Below are positions 37,624 through 50,119 of a DNA stretch of 64,000 bases, in pieces (the stretch's first letter is position 1; each line of letters begins with the position of its first letter). Source of the DNA: Adineta vaga (taxonomy: Eukaryota > Animalia > Rotifera); assembly GCA_021613535.1 (NCBI GenBank), contig CP075492.1, forward strand, positions 7,688,001-7,752,000, given 5' to 3'. The position numbers and the translations under genes are program-made. Under the pieces are notes generated by a model. The model was not told the origin of the DNA and ran no database searches. It saw only the letters and a list, made by a program, of their open reading frames with translations.

Positions 37624-38273
37624 TTATTTATGATACTCTGGATGTTTAGCGAAATATTCTTTGACTAATTCCAGGGATCGATTTCGATGACTAATACGAT
37701 TTTTTTCTGTTTTAGCCATTTCAGCAAATGTTTCAGTTCCCGGTTGACCTTCATCATTATCTGGTTGAAAGATTGGATCCCATCCGAAACTATTCGGACC
37801 ACGAGCTGGTACAATTCGTCCAGGACATCGGCCATCAAACACAATTGGTTCACTGTTAGGTCCAGCACAAAATGAAAATACACATTGAGCATAAGCCGTT
37901 TTATCTTCATAACCAGCCAATAATTTATTTAAACCGTCATGACCAATTTTATCTAAAAACCATTTAATATATGGTCCCGGAAGACCTTTTAATGCATTGA
38001 AACAAAGAGATGTATCTTCGATTAATACAGGACCATTAACTTGTTGAGCAGCTAATTTTGCTTTCTCTTTTGAGATTTCTTCGGCTTCACCTTGATATTC
38101 CGGTACTATTTTATATTTATAAAAAATTATTCGAGAGCATTGAATTTCATGCACTATATACGTTTTTACTTACAATCAAGATGTTGTGATTTCAAATCAG
38201 GTAAAACATCGTGTAATATCGCTTGAACTTCAGCTAATTTATTCTTATTTCCTGTCACAAATGTCACTACCAT
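37624..38273 (-). CDS. ITPA: inosine triphosphate pyrophosphatase (HAM1/ITPase); 2 exons
   Basis: [57 protein letters not shown]. Confidence 0.96.
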
Positions 38274-38544
38274 TGTTTCTTATATTTCTAACCAATGTAC
38301 AAAATTTCTTTGTTACATGTGATTTCAAAATATCATTTGCTTTCATAGCATGATGAGATGAATGTTATGTGCAATGTGATTGGTGCAACTCTTAGTAAGA
38401 AAAGAGAGCGTTGTATGTTGTCTTTGTGAAATCGTGTTTTATTATTAGAAGGAATACATATACAATACAAACGATCGTCCACACGAACGGTGGTAAAAGG
38501 CACATCATAGAAAAACTTAATCGATATAAATTCAACAAAAAATA

Positions 38545-39434
38545 TTATATATCGGCATGTGGAAGATATTCTGTATAGATTTGCGGTTCTTTTAGAAATG
38601 ATTTTAATCGTAAAGGCAAGTCAAGATCATCAATACGATCTCGACGTATTTGTCGATGAATAAAAAACCGGGTGATATGTTTTAATGATGCCATATATGT
38701 ATGACGTGATACTGGATATAATAGACGAACAGGAATCATTGGTTGACCTAAAGAGAACAATACGATCAAATAAGCTTTCATATTATCATAGAAAAACTAA
38801 ATGAATATGTACCAGGTACATTTGATCGAATAAAAAACATAAATTGACCCGAATTTGAATGTTCAATGATACTTTCAATGAATTCTACAACATCGGATGA
38901 TGTACATTGTGATTTAGTTGTACTCTGATGGAAACCAAAGGAATCTATAATAAACAACAAAAAAAAGAAACTTTTTCAGTCAAAGAATAAATCTAATATC
39001 AAAACTTACTGTTACTATGTTCAATTCGAGTATGATGAATATTGCCTTGAGATTTAAACGTAATTGCAAGAAAATAATGACGATGATTACTATCTCGAAC
39101 AATAAATGAATAATCTTGTTTATCTTTAAGTAATCGTTCAGCATCAAGCCAATTTAATGGACCCCAATACCAACCAACCTAGATATGAACAAATGAGTGC
39201 AAATAAATCGCCAAGAGAAAAAAAAAGATGGTAGTATACTTCTCTCAATCGTTGTAAACTATCAAGTTGAGCAATCATTGATGAACAATTTTCATTATCT
39301 ACGTAGAAATGAGTATCTTGATTTTTTTTCTATTTTGAGAATTTACACACGCATGATATCTTACTCATTTTAATTTGCTTCTGTTCGATCGAATTTTCTT
39401 CGTTTATTAATTGAAAATGAGCAACACAAGACAT
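38545..39434 (-). CDS. SOCS7: suppressor of cytokine signalling, SOCS7-like (SH2 plus SOCS box, very short N-terminus)
   Basis: GWYWGPLNWLDAE...FIVRDS...FKSQGNIHHTRIEH; VVEFIE...HSNSGQFMFFIRSNVPG; LLYPVSR...SLKHITRF...IDDLDLP. Confidence 0.85.
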
Positions 39435-40702
39435 TTTGTCGGTAATGCATACCGTCTATTATACAAATATACAATATAAGTATAAAGTGATGTGCATAGT
39501 GATATGAGTATTTCTCTGTTCATTGGTGTATTTGATGGTCATTCAATGAGTAAAGAAATTGACCAGTTCATGTAGTGATCAATAGATGACACTGGATGAA
39601 CGTGAATATCTTGAGAGAATAATAATGAACAGATGTACTCCGTTGTTTAGATTACTAAAGGAGTTATAGTTACAACTGCAACAGTAATAAGAAACAAATG
39701 TTCATATACATGTATAACTTGAAATGTGAATTCAACTAGTCAACTATGAGGACAATAGCTGAGTGACGTTTATGTATTGCTACTTTAGCTGGTTATTTTC
39801 ACTATAGGACAGTGCAACAAGTTTGGTTCATCAATGGTATCGATCTATAGAAGGATGCTGAATGTGTTTTTAGTAATGGAATGGATGATTTTTATTCGAG
39901 ATTTGATTCTTACAATTTTTTTAAATACTTCCGATGTTATGTATTCTAATTACAAATAACGATTATTTTATGTATTCCATGATGACTCTAAAGCAATCAA
40001 ACACTTTCAGAAAGAAATACGTAAACGTTACGAATGTTACAGTCTCCACAGAGAAATCGAAGTTAGGACCATTATTTACTAACCAAAAATTTTTTTTAAA
40101 ATTCTTTCTCTTTTATTGTATTATTGTATCATTTTCTGTTCCATATTTGCATCTTTTGAAATACAAAAGAAATAAATACAAAAACTATGAAGTTTTATAT
40201 AACAGCTCTCTCACAGATGGTTTGATACAATGACGAATAACAATAATTTTGGGAGAGAGTATAACTAACTCTTACAATTCTATTTTGTCATATCCAAACT
40301 TTGATTGCTTTCAAAGATTGTTCAGTATTAGAGATTGATGAAAAAATACCTCTAAATTTGTTAGCTTCTGTTGTCTGCCATAATTTTCACGATTCACTAA
40401 TGTTTGTTAACTGTATTTTATGAAAGATAACTTTTCTTAAATGATGTATCTATTTCCGAAAATGTCTTTTTCTTTCTATCACATAGCATAGACGAGAAAA
40501 TTTAGTAACTAGCGACATAAAAAATCATTGGTCTGTGAGCGCATCAAATAATAAAATATGTGTCACGTTAAATACTTAAATACATGCGTTTCTTTCACAA
40601 TGAATGCACTTTTCCTGAAAGTTTTTTTCGATTATATAATCATTCCAAGATGAAAATAACATTCTTTCTTTTGAATTCACTTTCTAGTATCTGTTGCATA
40701 CA

Positions 40703-43700
40703 ATGAATGAAGGAACGACAGACTCTAATTCATCAACAATCGATGATAATGAAGAAGAAAATCATATTCCAGAAAAATTCAAATTAGATCGAAAAAAAAT
40801 TCAAACAGCAGCCTTAGTTGATGAAAATGATGAAATCAATCAACTTGGTTTAAGTGTTTTTAATGAAGCAGATCTTGAACAAGGTCTCTTTCTATTTTCA
40901 TTCCAATCTTTTCATTCTCAACAAAATATTTTGTTTTCAAATAGGTCTGATTGATCAAGTTGATAATGTTGTATCAAGCCAAGAGCGACAACATAAATCT
41001 GCCAATATTGAAAAACAAATTCAATCACTTGAACAAACTATCAGGTGGAATATTGTCTCTATTTTATATATTTTTATATTGATTTTCGTTTCAAAAACTA
41101 GTTCACTTCGAAGTAATATATCAGCTAAACAACAAATTTTTTCTACGATTGATAAAGCTACTTATCTTGCATCGAGAAAAGATGTTCAAAAAGCAAATAT
41201 TGAAAAAACGATTAAAGAATTAGTAATTTTATTTAATAGAATAAATACAAAGGTTTTTTTTTGACAATCTCTATGCTTTTATAGAAACAGCAATTAGCAA
41301 AAGATCTTGTCAAAGTTAATTCATTAAAAACTAAACTAATTGGTTTATCACCAATCTATGATGAAGAAGCAGCTCATGAAACTAAACGTATGTCTAATAT
41401 TACTATCCAAACGTATCTCAATAATGTCATTTAGGATCAAAGACATCGAATAATTTACTGGATACATTAATGCCAACACTTCGTGATTATGATGAAAATG
41501 GATTGATTAAATCGAAAACTGATCAATCAGAACGTTTAACATCATTTGATTCATTTATGCAAGGCCTTGATCAAGAATATGACAATCGTAAACAAACAAA
41601 AAATCAAACACTTAAAAGAAAGTCATCGGAAATCAAGAAAACAACAGCTCCACCAGCACAGGAAGCTCCCTTGACACTTGATGGTCCAATAGAATATCGT
41701 GATCAAAGAATCAAGAAGAAACAAACGCCACCTTCACTACCAACATCATCATTGTCAGCTACAACGACTAAATCGAAATCGAAAGTAAAACCAAAAACGA
41801 AATCAAAATCGAAAAAAACAGCTGTATTAAGTTCTTCTTCGTCGAATGATGACGACGCCGATGAGGAAGAAGAAGGTGAAACAGATCCAAGTAAAATGGT
41901 TTATGATGAAGATGAAGCTTGGTAATATCGAATACAACTGATATCTATATTTATTAATTTGTATAATAGGTTTGAAAGTGATGAAGAAGAAAAACGACGT
42001 TCAGTAGAAGATAATGATGATTATTATGAACCGAGAAAAAAGAAAAAACGTTCAATAGCAAAAGATGATGGTGATGATCATCAATATTTTACACGTTTAC
42101 AAGATTTTTATGCTGATCGAAAACCTCCATCTCATACGAACAATGGAGAAAATGAAGATATTGAGGTGGATACTGGATTTTGGGTACCGTTAAGTATATG
42201 GAATAGATTGTTCAAGTAATTCTATCTATTTCATTTTCGATTTTGTACAATTTCTTTGTTTTTGAAGTTATCAACGAGCTGGTGTCAAATGGTTATGGGA
42301 ATTACATGAACAGAAATGTGGTGGAATTATTGCAGATGAAATGGGTCTTGGAAAAGTATGATTTGCTTAATCGAGTATCCAATGTTGAATATATATATAT
42401 ATCTATTTATTGTTTTCTAGACTATTCAAATCATTGCTTATCTAGCATCATTTCATTATAGTCGTGTACGAGATCCTCAACATCGGTAAAATCTATTGTT
42501 TTTTTCTACTTCTTTTCGATAAAAGTTTTATTTTTTTTTCACTCATTTAGTTTTCGTGGTCTTGGTCCAGTACTTATTGTATGTCCATCAACATTACTTC
42601 ATCAATGGGTCCATGAGTTTCATGAATGGTGGCCAGAATTTCGTGTTGCCGTTCTGCATGAAAGTGGTTCATATCAAGAAAAAAAAGGCGTAAGATTTAC
42701 AATCTAAATGCTAAAAAGAACATCGATTTTTACAGAATCATCTCATTCAAAAAATTGGTACAACAGCTGCTGGCATTCTTATTACATCCTATGCTAATAT
42801 TCTTATTCACTATGATACACTCATCTCCTATCAATGGCATTACTTCATCTTAGATGAAGGTCATAAAATTCGTAATCCAGATGCGCAAATTACATCCGCT
42901 TGTAAATCAGTAAGATGATCTTTACTTGCATATTACAACATTTCATTTTCAAATTAATAATTTTAGTTTCGAACACCACATCGAATTATTTTATCTGGTT
43001 CACCCATGCAAAATAATCTTCGTGAACTTTGGTCTTTATTTGATTTTGTTTTTCCAGGAAAATTAGGTACATTACCAACATTTATGGAACATTTTGCAAT
43101 TCCAATAACACGTGGTGGTTATGCTAATGCCAATCCAATTGAAGTTCAAACAGCTTATAAATGTGCATGTATATTACGTGATACAATTAAAAAATATCTT
43201 ATTCGTCGAATAAAAGCAGAACAAAACGTTGTCTTAAAATTACCGACGAAAAATGAACAAGTTCTTTTCTGTCGTTTAACAAAAGTTCAACGAGAAATCT
43301 ATCGAGAATATTTAAAATCACAGCAATGTAAAGATATTCTTCATGGAAGTGCACAAGTATTTGTTGGATTAATTAATCTACGAAAGATTTGTAATCATCC
43401 AGATTTATTTACTGATTGGACACAATATCGTCCAGAATATGGTGAAAATCCTAATGAAGTTGGAGAGTATGGTTATATAAAACGATCAGGAAAAATGATT
43501 GTTCTAGAAAATTTATTAAAAATTTGGTTCAGACAAAATAATCGTTGTTTATTATTTACTCAAAGTAAACAAATGTTAAATATTCTCGAAGCATTTCTCA
43601 TTAAACATAAGTATTCTTATTTAAAAATGGATGGAACAACATCCATTGCATCTAGACAAGGACTTGTTTCACAATTTAATTCTGTAAGTTGTTTTTCTCT

Positions 43701-45062
43701 TCTAGAATATCGTTTTCTATCGAATCTCTTCAAGGACTCATCGATATTTGTCTTTCTTCTCACAACACGTGTTGGTGGTCTTGGAATCAATTTAACTGGT
43801 GCCAATCGTGTCTTAATTTTTGATCCTGATTGGAATCCTTCAACAGATATGCAAGCTCGAGAACGAGCATGGCGTATAGGTCAAACAAAAAATGTGACTA
43901 TTTATCGTTTATTAACATCCGGTACAATTGAAGAAAAGATCTATCATCGACAAATATTCAAACAATTTCTTACAAATCGTGTTCTTCAAGATCCCAAACA
44001 ACGACGATTTTTTAAATCAAATGATCTGCATGAATTATTCCGTTATGATGATGATAATGATAGTGATAATGATGAACGAACTGAAACATCGATATTACTA
44101 GCAGGAACTAATTCAGAAATTAATCTCAAAGAAAAATATGATAAACGAAAACGACAAAAAAATGCCAGTAAGAAATAAATCTTAGTAACTATTTCGCAAA
44201 AATTTCCTTTCTGTTGTGTAGAATTCGAAGGGCAACGTGTACCAAATTTAACAAAAGTGGATAGTAAAACAACTGCACCCGCATCAGATGTACCAGTTGA
44301 TACAGATAAAGAAAAAGATGATTATGTCTTAAGCAAATTATTTAAAAAGTCAGGTGTTCATAGTGCACTTCAACATGATACGATCGTAGATAATTCAATT
44401 AATGATTATGTTTTTATTGAAGCTGAAGCTCATCGTTATGCTGAAGAAGCTGTTAAAGCATTGAAGAAATCAGCACAAGATTGCTATTCTGCTGAAAGTG
44501 GAATTCCAAATTGGGGAGCAAGAAATATTCAACAGTACAGTTTTGTTTTTTGTACGAACATATCCGAATAATTTGATCTTTCTTATTTAGAATTCGTCGA
44601 TTTGGTTCTCGTACAAATAGAGATGTTGTTATTGTTAATAAAGAAGAAGAAGAAGAACGACCATCGTCATCATCATCCAGTTCTGTTGTACGACGAAATA
44701 ATACTCGTCCATCAAGTGCATCAAATAATTTATTGAAAGATATTCGAGAACGAAAACGTGAACAATCAGAATTTGTTGTACACACAAATGCAGAAACAAC
44801 AAATAATCATGATGAAGAAAATCATTCCAATGATGAAGGTTTTGTTTTAATTCGAGATTTAAAAGATTATTTATTAGCTGGAGGATCAATTCAAGGCAAA
44901 GCAACAACAGCAGAAATTATTGATCATTTTCAAACACGTATTAATGGTAAACCTGGGCTTGTTCCAAAATTTAAATCTTTATTAAAAGAAATTGCTGATC
45001 TTCATCGAGCACCATCTGGCATGGGCTTTTGGGTTTTAAAAGACGAATTTCGCGAAACATAA
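40703..45062 (+). CDS. ERCC6: Cockayne syndrome B / Rad26 SNF2 translocase (multi-exon)
   Basis: [67 protein letters not shown]; C-terminal [21 protein letters not shown] and a winged-helix region ([12 protein letters not shown]...WVLK). Confidence 0.96.
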
Positions 45063-45207
45063 TACATCTCTTTCTATTGTTTACATGTTTTCTTCTATTT
45101 TATTCTAATCAAGCACAAGGTGTTTCTCATGCACTTTTTGTCTCAGGAATTAACTGTTTAATTGAACAAATGTAATTTAAAATGTTGCTTATTTTATTCT
45201 TTCAGAT

Positions 45208-47271
45208 ATGTCAGCTGATCGAATAGGTCGAGCTGAAATGGGTAAGTCATACATCAAGTTTTCTCTTGTAGATAAAAGAAATTTACTTGAAATCATTAGA
45301 ATTTGGTACATATCAGAAATTAGGGTAAAAGTTCTCTATCCTTTTTTCAAAGCTTAATTGGCTGATGGAATGGCTTTACTTGCTGAGAATGCGATTTGTT
45401 GTGTTGATTCTTTATTCGATACATAGAGATGCACAAATCATTGAGATAAATTTTCTAAACTTGCAATTAAAAGACTTCTATGAATAAAATGAATATACAA
45501 ATTACTAAGATATTATCTTCCAATACTCTTCTTTTTATTCAAATTTGATCCCTTGTTTTTCTTGATATTTAGTTATTCTAACTGGAAATTCTTATCCAGA
45601 ATTGGCAGAAAATATCGCACGGTAAGTAATCTTCTCTAATCAAATAGAAGTTGCTTTTTTCACTTATAGAAATAAAGTTTTAATTTTCACAATTTATTTA
45701 AACTAATTTTATTTAGACAGAATATTTAAATTTATCTGTGTGTAAATGTATGGTGTATTCAATTTTCTTCTTCTTCTTCTCATTATAGAATTGTTTATTC
45801 GTACAAAACAGATGCTAGCCGGTACGTATCTCTCACTGTAATGAATATCGTTATGTTTTGCATATTCTTGTTGTTATTGTTGTTGTTATTATTTGATTTT
45901 CTTCATTTTGTAGTGGACTGAAACCACTTGGTGAATGTCGAGTTTTTAAAAATTCCGATAAAGGTGAAATAAAAACGATCACTTGATTATTTAATAAATG
46001 TCTACGTTTTATTTTAGAGACTCATGTAGAAATACGTGAATCTGTTCGTAATAAAGATGTATTTATAATTCAAACTGGTTCAACAAAGTAGAATGACTAT
46101 CATTGATTTATTTAATTGTATTTGTTTTCTAAAATAGAGATCCAAATGATAATTTAATGGAACTTATGATTATGAGTTATGCATGTAAAACATCATGTGC
46201 AAGAAATATTATTGTAAGTTAAAGAATAGTTTTCATATTTATAATGTAAGTTTTCTGATCTTTTAGGGTGTTTTACCATATTTACCTTGTGAGTTGATTT
46301 TAAGATAATATAGTATCATTCGTATGAAGTTGTTCAGATAGTAAACAAAGTAAACAGAAAAAACGTGGATGTATTGCAATGAAACTTGTTGCACAAATGT
46401 TAGTAAAAGCAGGATTAACACATTTAATTACAGTTGATTTACATCAAAAAGAAATTCAAGGTTTTTTCGATATTCCAGTTAATAATCTACGTGCTTCATC
46501 ATTTCTCGTGGATTATGTTCAAGAACAAGTAGGAAAATGAAGCTTTTGTTCGATGCTATCTGATCTATAATAGGTACCTGATTGGCGTAATGCGGTTATT
46601 GTTGCACGTAAACCTAATCAAGCTAGACGTGTGACAGGTTTTGCTGAAAGATTAAAATTGAATATCGCAGTTATTCATGGTTTTCATGATCGAGAAAGTG
46701 AAAATGAAGAGGCCGATGGAAGAAATTCACCACCGCTATTGATTGCATCTGGTTTAGATGTTACTCTCGTACCTGTTTCAGAACGACGAAGTGTTTTTAC
46801 TATACCATCACTTGTCCTAGGTGAACGTAAGTATTCATTCCATCTGCATCATAATACTACATATTGTTGTTCTATTTTCGTTCGCATTAATAGAAGTCAA
46901 TATCAAAGGAAAATTGCCAATGGATGTTGTGTCGGCGATGTAAATGGTCGAATTGCAATAATATTTGAAGATATGATCGATGATGTACCAGGTCTTGTTC
47001 ACGCAGCAGATGTACTTTTCGATCGTGGTGCATATAAAGTATATGTATTAGCTACACAGCTCTATTTACATGTGATGCTCCAATATTAATCGAAAAATCT
47101 CGTATTTCAGAAGTCGTTATTACAAATACTGTTCCACATGAATTTGCTAAACTTCAATGTTCAAAAATTAAAACAGTAGATATAAGTTTACTTTTATCGG
47201 AAGCGATTCGTCGTATACATAATCAAGAATCGATGAGTTATTTATTTCGAAATATTGAAGCAAATGATTAA
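45208..47271 (+). pseudogene. PRPSAP: PRPP synthetase-associated protein with two frameshifts in the last exon (pseudogene or assembly errors)
   Basis: [53 protein letters not shown] insertion, [37 protein letters not shown]; extra gt at about 46929 and a missing base at about 47058. Confidence 0.82.
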
Positions 47272-48169
47272 AACTAACAATAATGTCGATTATATAGATG
47301 TAGTCTTTTTTGCTTTTTATGTATCCAAATAATAAAGAAGAAAAAACCTCGCAATACAATTGTTATTAGAATAATATTCTGAGAAGAATAGTAGCAAGAT
47401 TTCGTCGTTAATTTGATCATCCTAACGCAATAATCTATTGATCTGTTCTCAATAAATTCTGATTATTAATTAATGTAATAATCATTCTTATAATCAAATC
47501 ACCTTTGTATTTTTGGAAACAAAGTCATTTTCTTTCATCCTTCACTAGATTGTACAAGATGATAATCATCGGTACGTAAATAATGACAAATACAACAAAA
47601 TATTTATTGCACATATGAATAAACTAATATGTTGAGATATTATACTTCATTGTATATAAAAGCAGTATTTATTTCTCTCAACATATGATTATTCTAGATG
47701 TTTTGAATACAATCATCGAAATGTAATATGCCATGTCAATAACGATTTTTTCTATCATCATCACGCTTTAGGTGGTCTTGATATTGTCTATGAATAAATT
47801 ATTCATCCTAGTTTTTGTGTAGATAAGCAATATGTAAAGATTACATTGATATTGTTGTAATGAAAATTAACCAAATCAGCAGTCCAATAATGAAGGAAAA
47901 ATCTTTGTCATGTATTTACTCTTCCCTATTCAGTTACATATGAAGTGATAAAACAGAACAAGCAACTGATTCATTTGTTTGAAGAGGTCATTTCGGAAAG
48001 CATATTTTTTACAAGGATAGGATTGAGTAGATACGTAAGTTTTGATCTGTAGAATAAAGTATGCTTCTCAAATGAAAACATAATTTTATGATTAAATAGC
48101 AAACAAGATTTGTGAAGTATAAAAATATACAGTAGAAGACATTTTTCGAAAAGTTAGATATGATGATTT

Positions 48170-50119
48170 TCAAAGATATGTTGTAATATGAAAATTTTTA
48201 TGATAGGGATCATGTGCTAATTGTTCATCGTTGGAAGAAGTTGTTTGATTGAAATGATAAATATTTGAGGATGACACTGGATAGAAACCATTTTCTGATG
48301 CAGGTAAAGATGTTAAAAATGCTGATTGAACGGACGCAGGATTTCGTGGAGAATGATGTTTATTTACTTTGATTGGATTAAGATACGGCTGTTGTCGACG
48401 AAGATAATCATAAGTTCTTGGTGATGAAAGACCTGAAAATAATTATTGTCAATTATAGAATATAACAATTGTATCTCGAAAGCAAATTGATTCATTCCAA
48501 AGTCTTCAATGTTGTATGTATTGTTTATATCAAAATTCAAGTTTGTCTTCGAAAGCTAATAATTTTAGAAATCTCAATGAATACAACTTACCAGAACTAG
48601 GTGAAGCATAGAGATTGTATGGAGGAATTTGTTGTTGATATCTATTTCCTCTTTCTCCTCCACCATTCATATAAGGTGAATAATAAGATGGATAAACTAA
48701 TCCATTCATATAACTACTATCTTGAACTTGTGGTATTCGTCGATCATCGAAAAGAGTTGGAGGAGGAGGAGGAAGAGGTGGTGGTGGTGGATATTGATAA
48801 TGTCGATTGGATGGTTTACTCGATTTTGGTAAATAATTTGGTGATCGAATGAAATTCGATGCTGCTGGTTGATATAATACACGAGATTCAAACATCTTTG
48901 AGTTTCGTGTATCTGGTATGCCTGCAGAGGAAAGATTTAACATTGATTGATGAAATTGTGGAGCATTTTGTCGATGACGATTATGATGATGATGATTATG
49001 TAGAAATTCATTATTATTAACTAAATGATTGCTGGAATTAGTTATTCCAATATGTACATTTGGTTTATGATGCGGTTCAGTTCGTTTAGAATGATTTATT
49101 GGAGTCGGATGAATTTTTGCCGATGATCCATTTTTATTTGATCGAAGTGGTTTAAATGCACTATTGTTTTGTTGATGTTGAATATTAGTTTCTGTTAAAC
49201 GAGCTACAGGTGCAGATTTTGGTTTAGCAGGTATGATGACAGTTGGTTTAATAATTTTATGTGCATGTTTTACTTGATTGGACGACGTTGGTTTGAGATA
49301 AAATGGATCTGACTTTGTTTTTGATCGTTGTTGCTGTTCAATTTCAGGTTCTTCCTTCAATACTAAGTCAGTTGTTGTCGGTGGAATAAAACGATAGCGT
49401 GGTCTCGATGCTGAAATTTTATCGAGAGAAGTTAAATCAATTAAACTAGCACTTGTTCCACTCGTTTTATCAGTTAAAGCTGAAAGACGTGTATGACGTG
49501 AGAAGTTTTTCCAAGTAGGTACCGTTGATAGATCATCTGTCGATACTGCACTTTCTCGGTTATGTTCAGGTAGTGATGGTTTTTGTGAAAGTCTTTTCGG
49601 TTTTAATACTGGACTTAATTGATTAAGATTATTTTCAGACGTATAACGACGAACATTAGATGTTGGAATAGCTATTGGATATTTTTCATGTTTATTCCGA
49701 CAATGAATGTAAGCTGGACGTTGAGGTGATGATGAAGATAAAGGAGCAGAGATATTATGTACTTTTTTTGATGGAATACCCTAGAAAAGAGAAGTTTCTT
49801 TTCATGAAACGACGGAATAATAATATTAACTTCGAATGTACAATACATATTGTATAAGAGGAAGTTATTTAATGGAAATATTCTCGTTGAAAAGAAAGAA
49901 GAAGATTGGAGTAGAAAATATTCAACTTACATTAGAATTGTATTTGATTTGTTGAATAGCTAAACTATTCGTAGGAATCAATTGTTGATCAGATTTTTTC
50001 TCCATAACTTCTTCATCTTTAAGATATGGATCAAGAATTGAATCAAAAAAGTTTAAAGTTTTTTCAATTTGTTCATCATCAATATTTTCTTGTTTGGAAT
50101 ATTTATTTTGTTTATTCAT
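48170..50119 (-). CDS. disordered Ser/Pro/His-rich protein ending in a PDZ-binding-like motif; 3 exons
   Basis: Exons about 50119-49930, 49780-48591 and 48432-48170; N-terminal helix [16 protein letters not shown]; poly-P and poly-H tracts; ends ITTYL*. Confidence 0.65.

Noticed and set aside
39500-40600. Intergenic region between SOCS7 and ERCC6 as a possible transposon remnant
   Set aside because: No terminal repeats or transposase/reverse transcriptase motifs were recognised; the 99-aa ORF looks non-coding.
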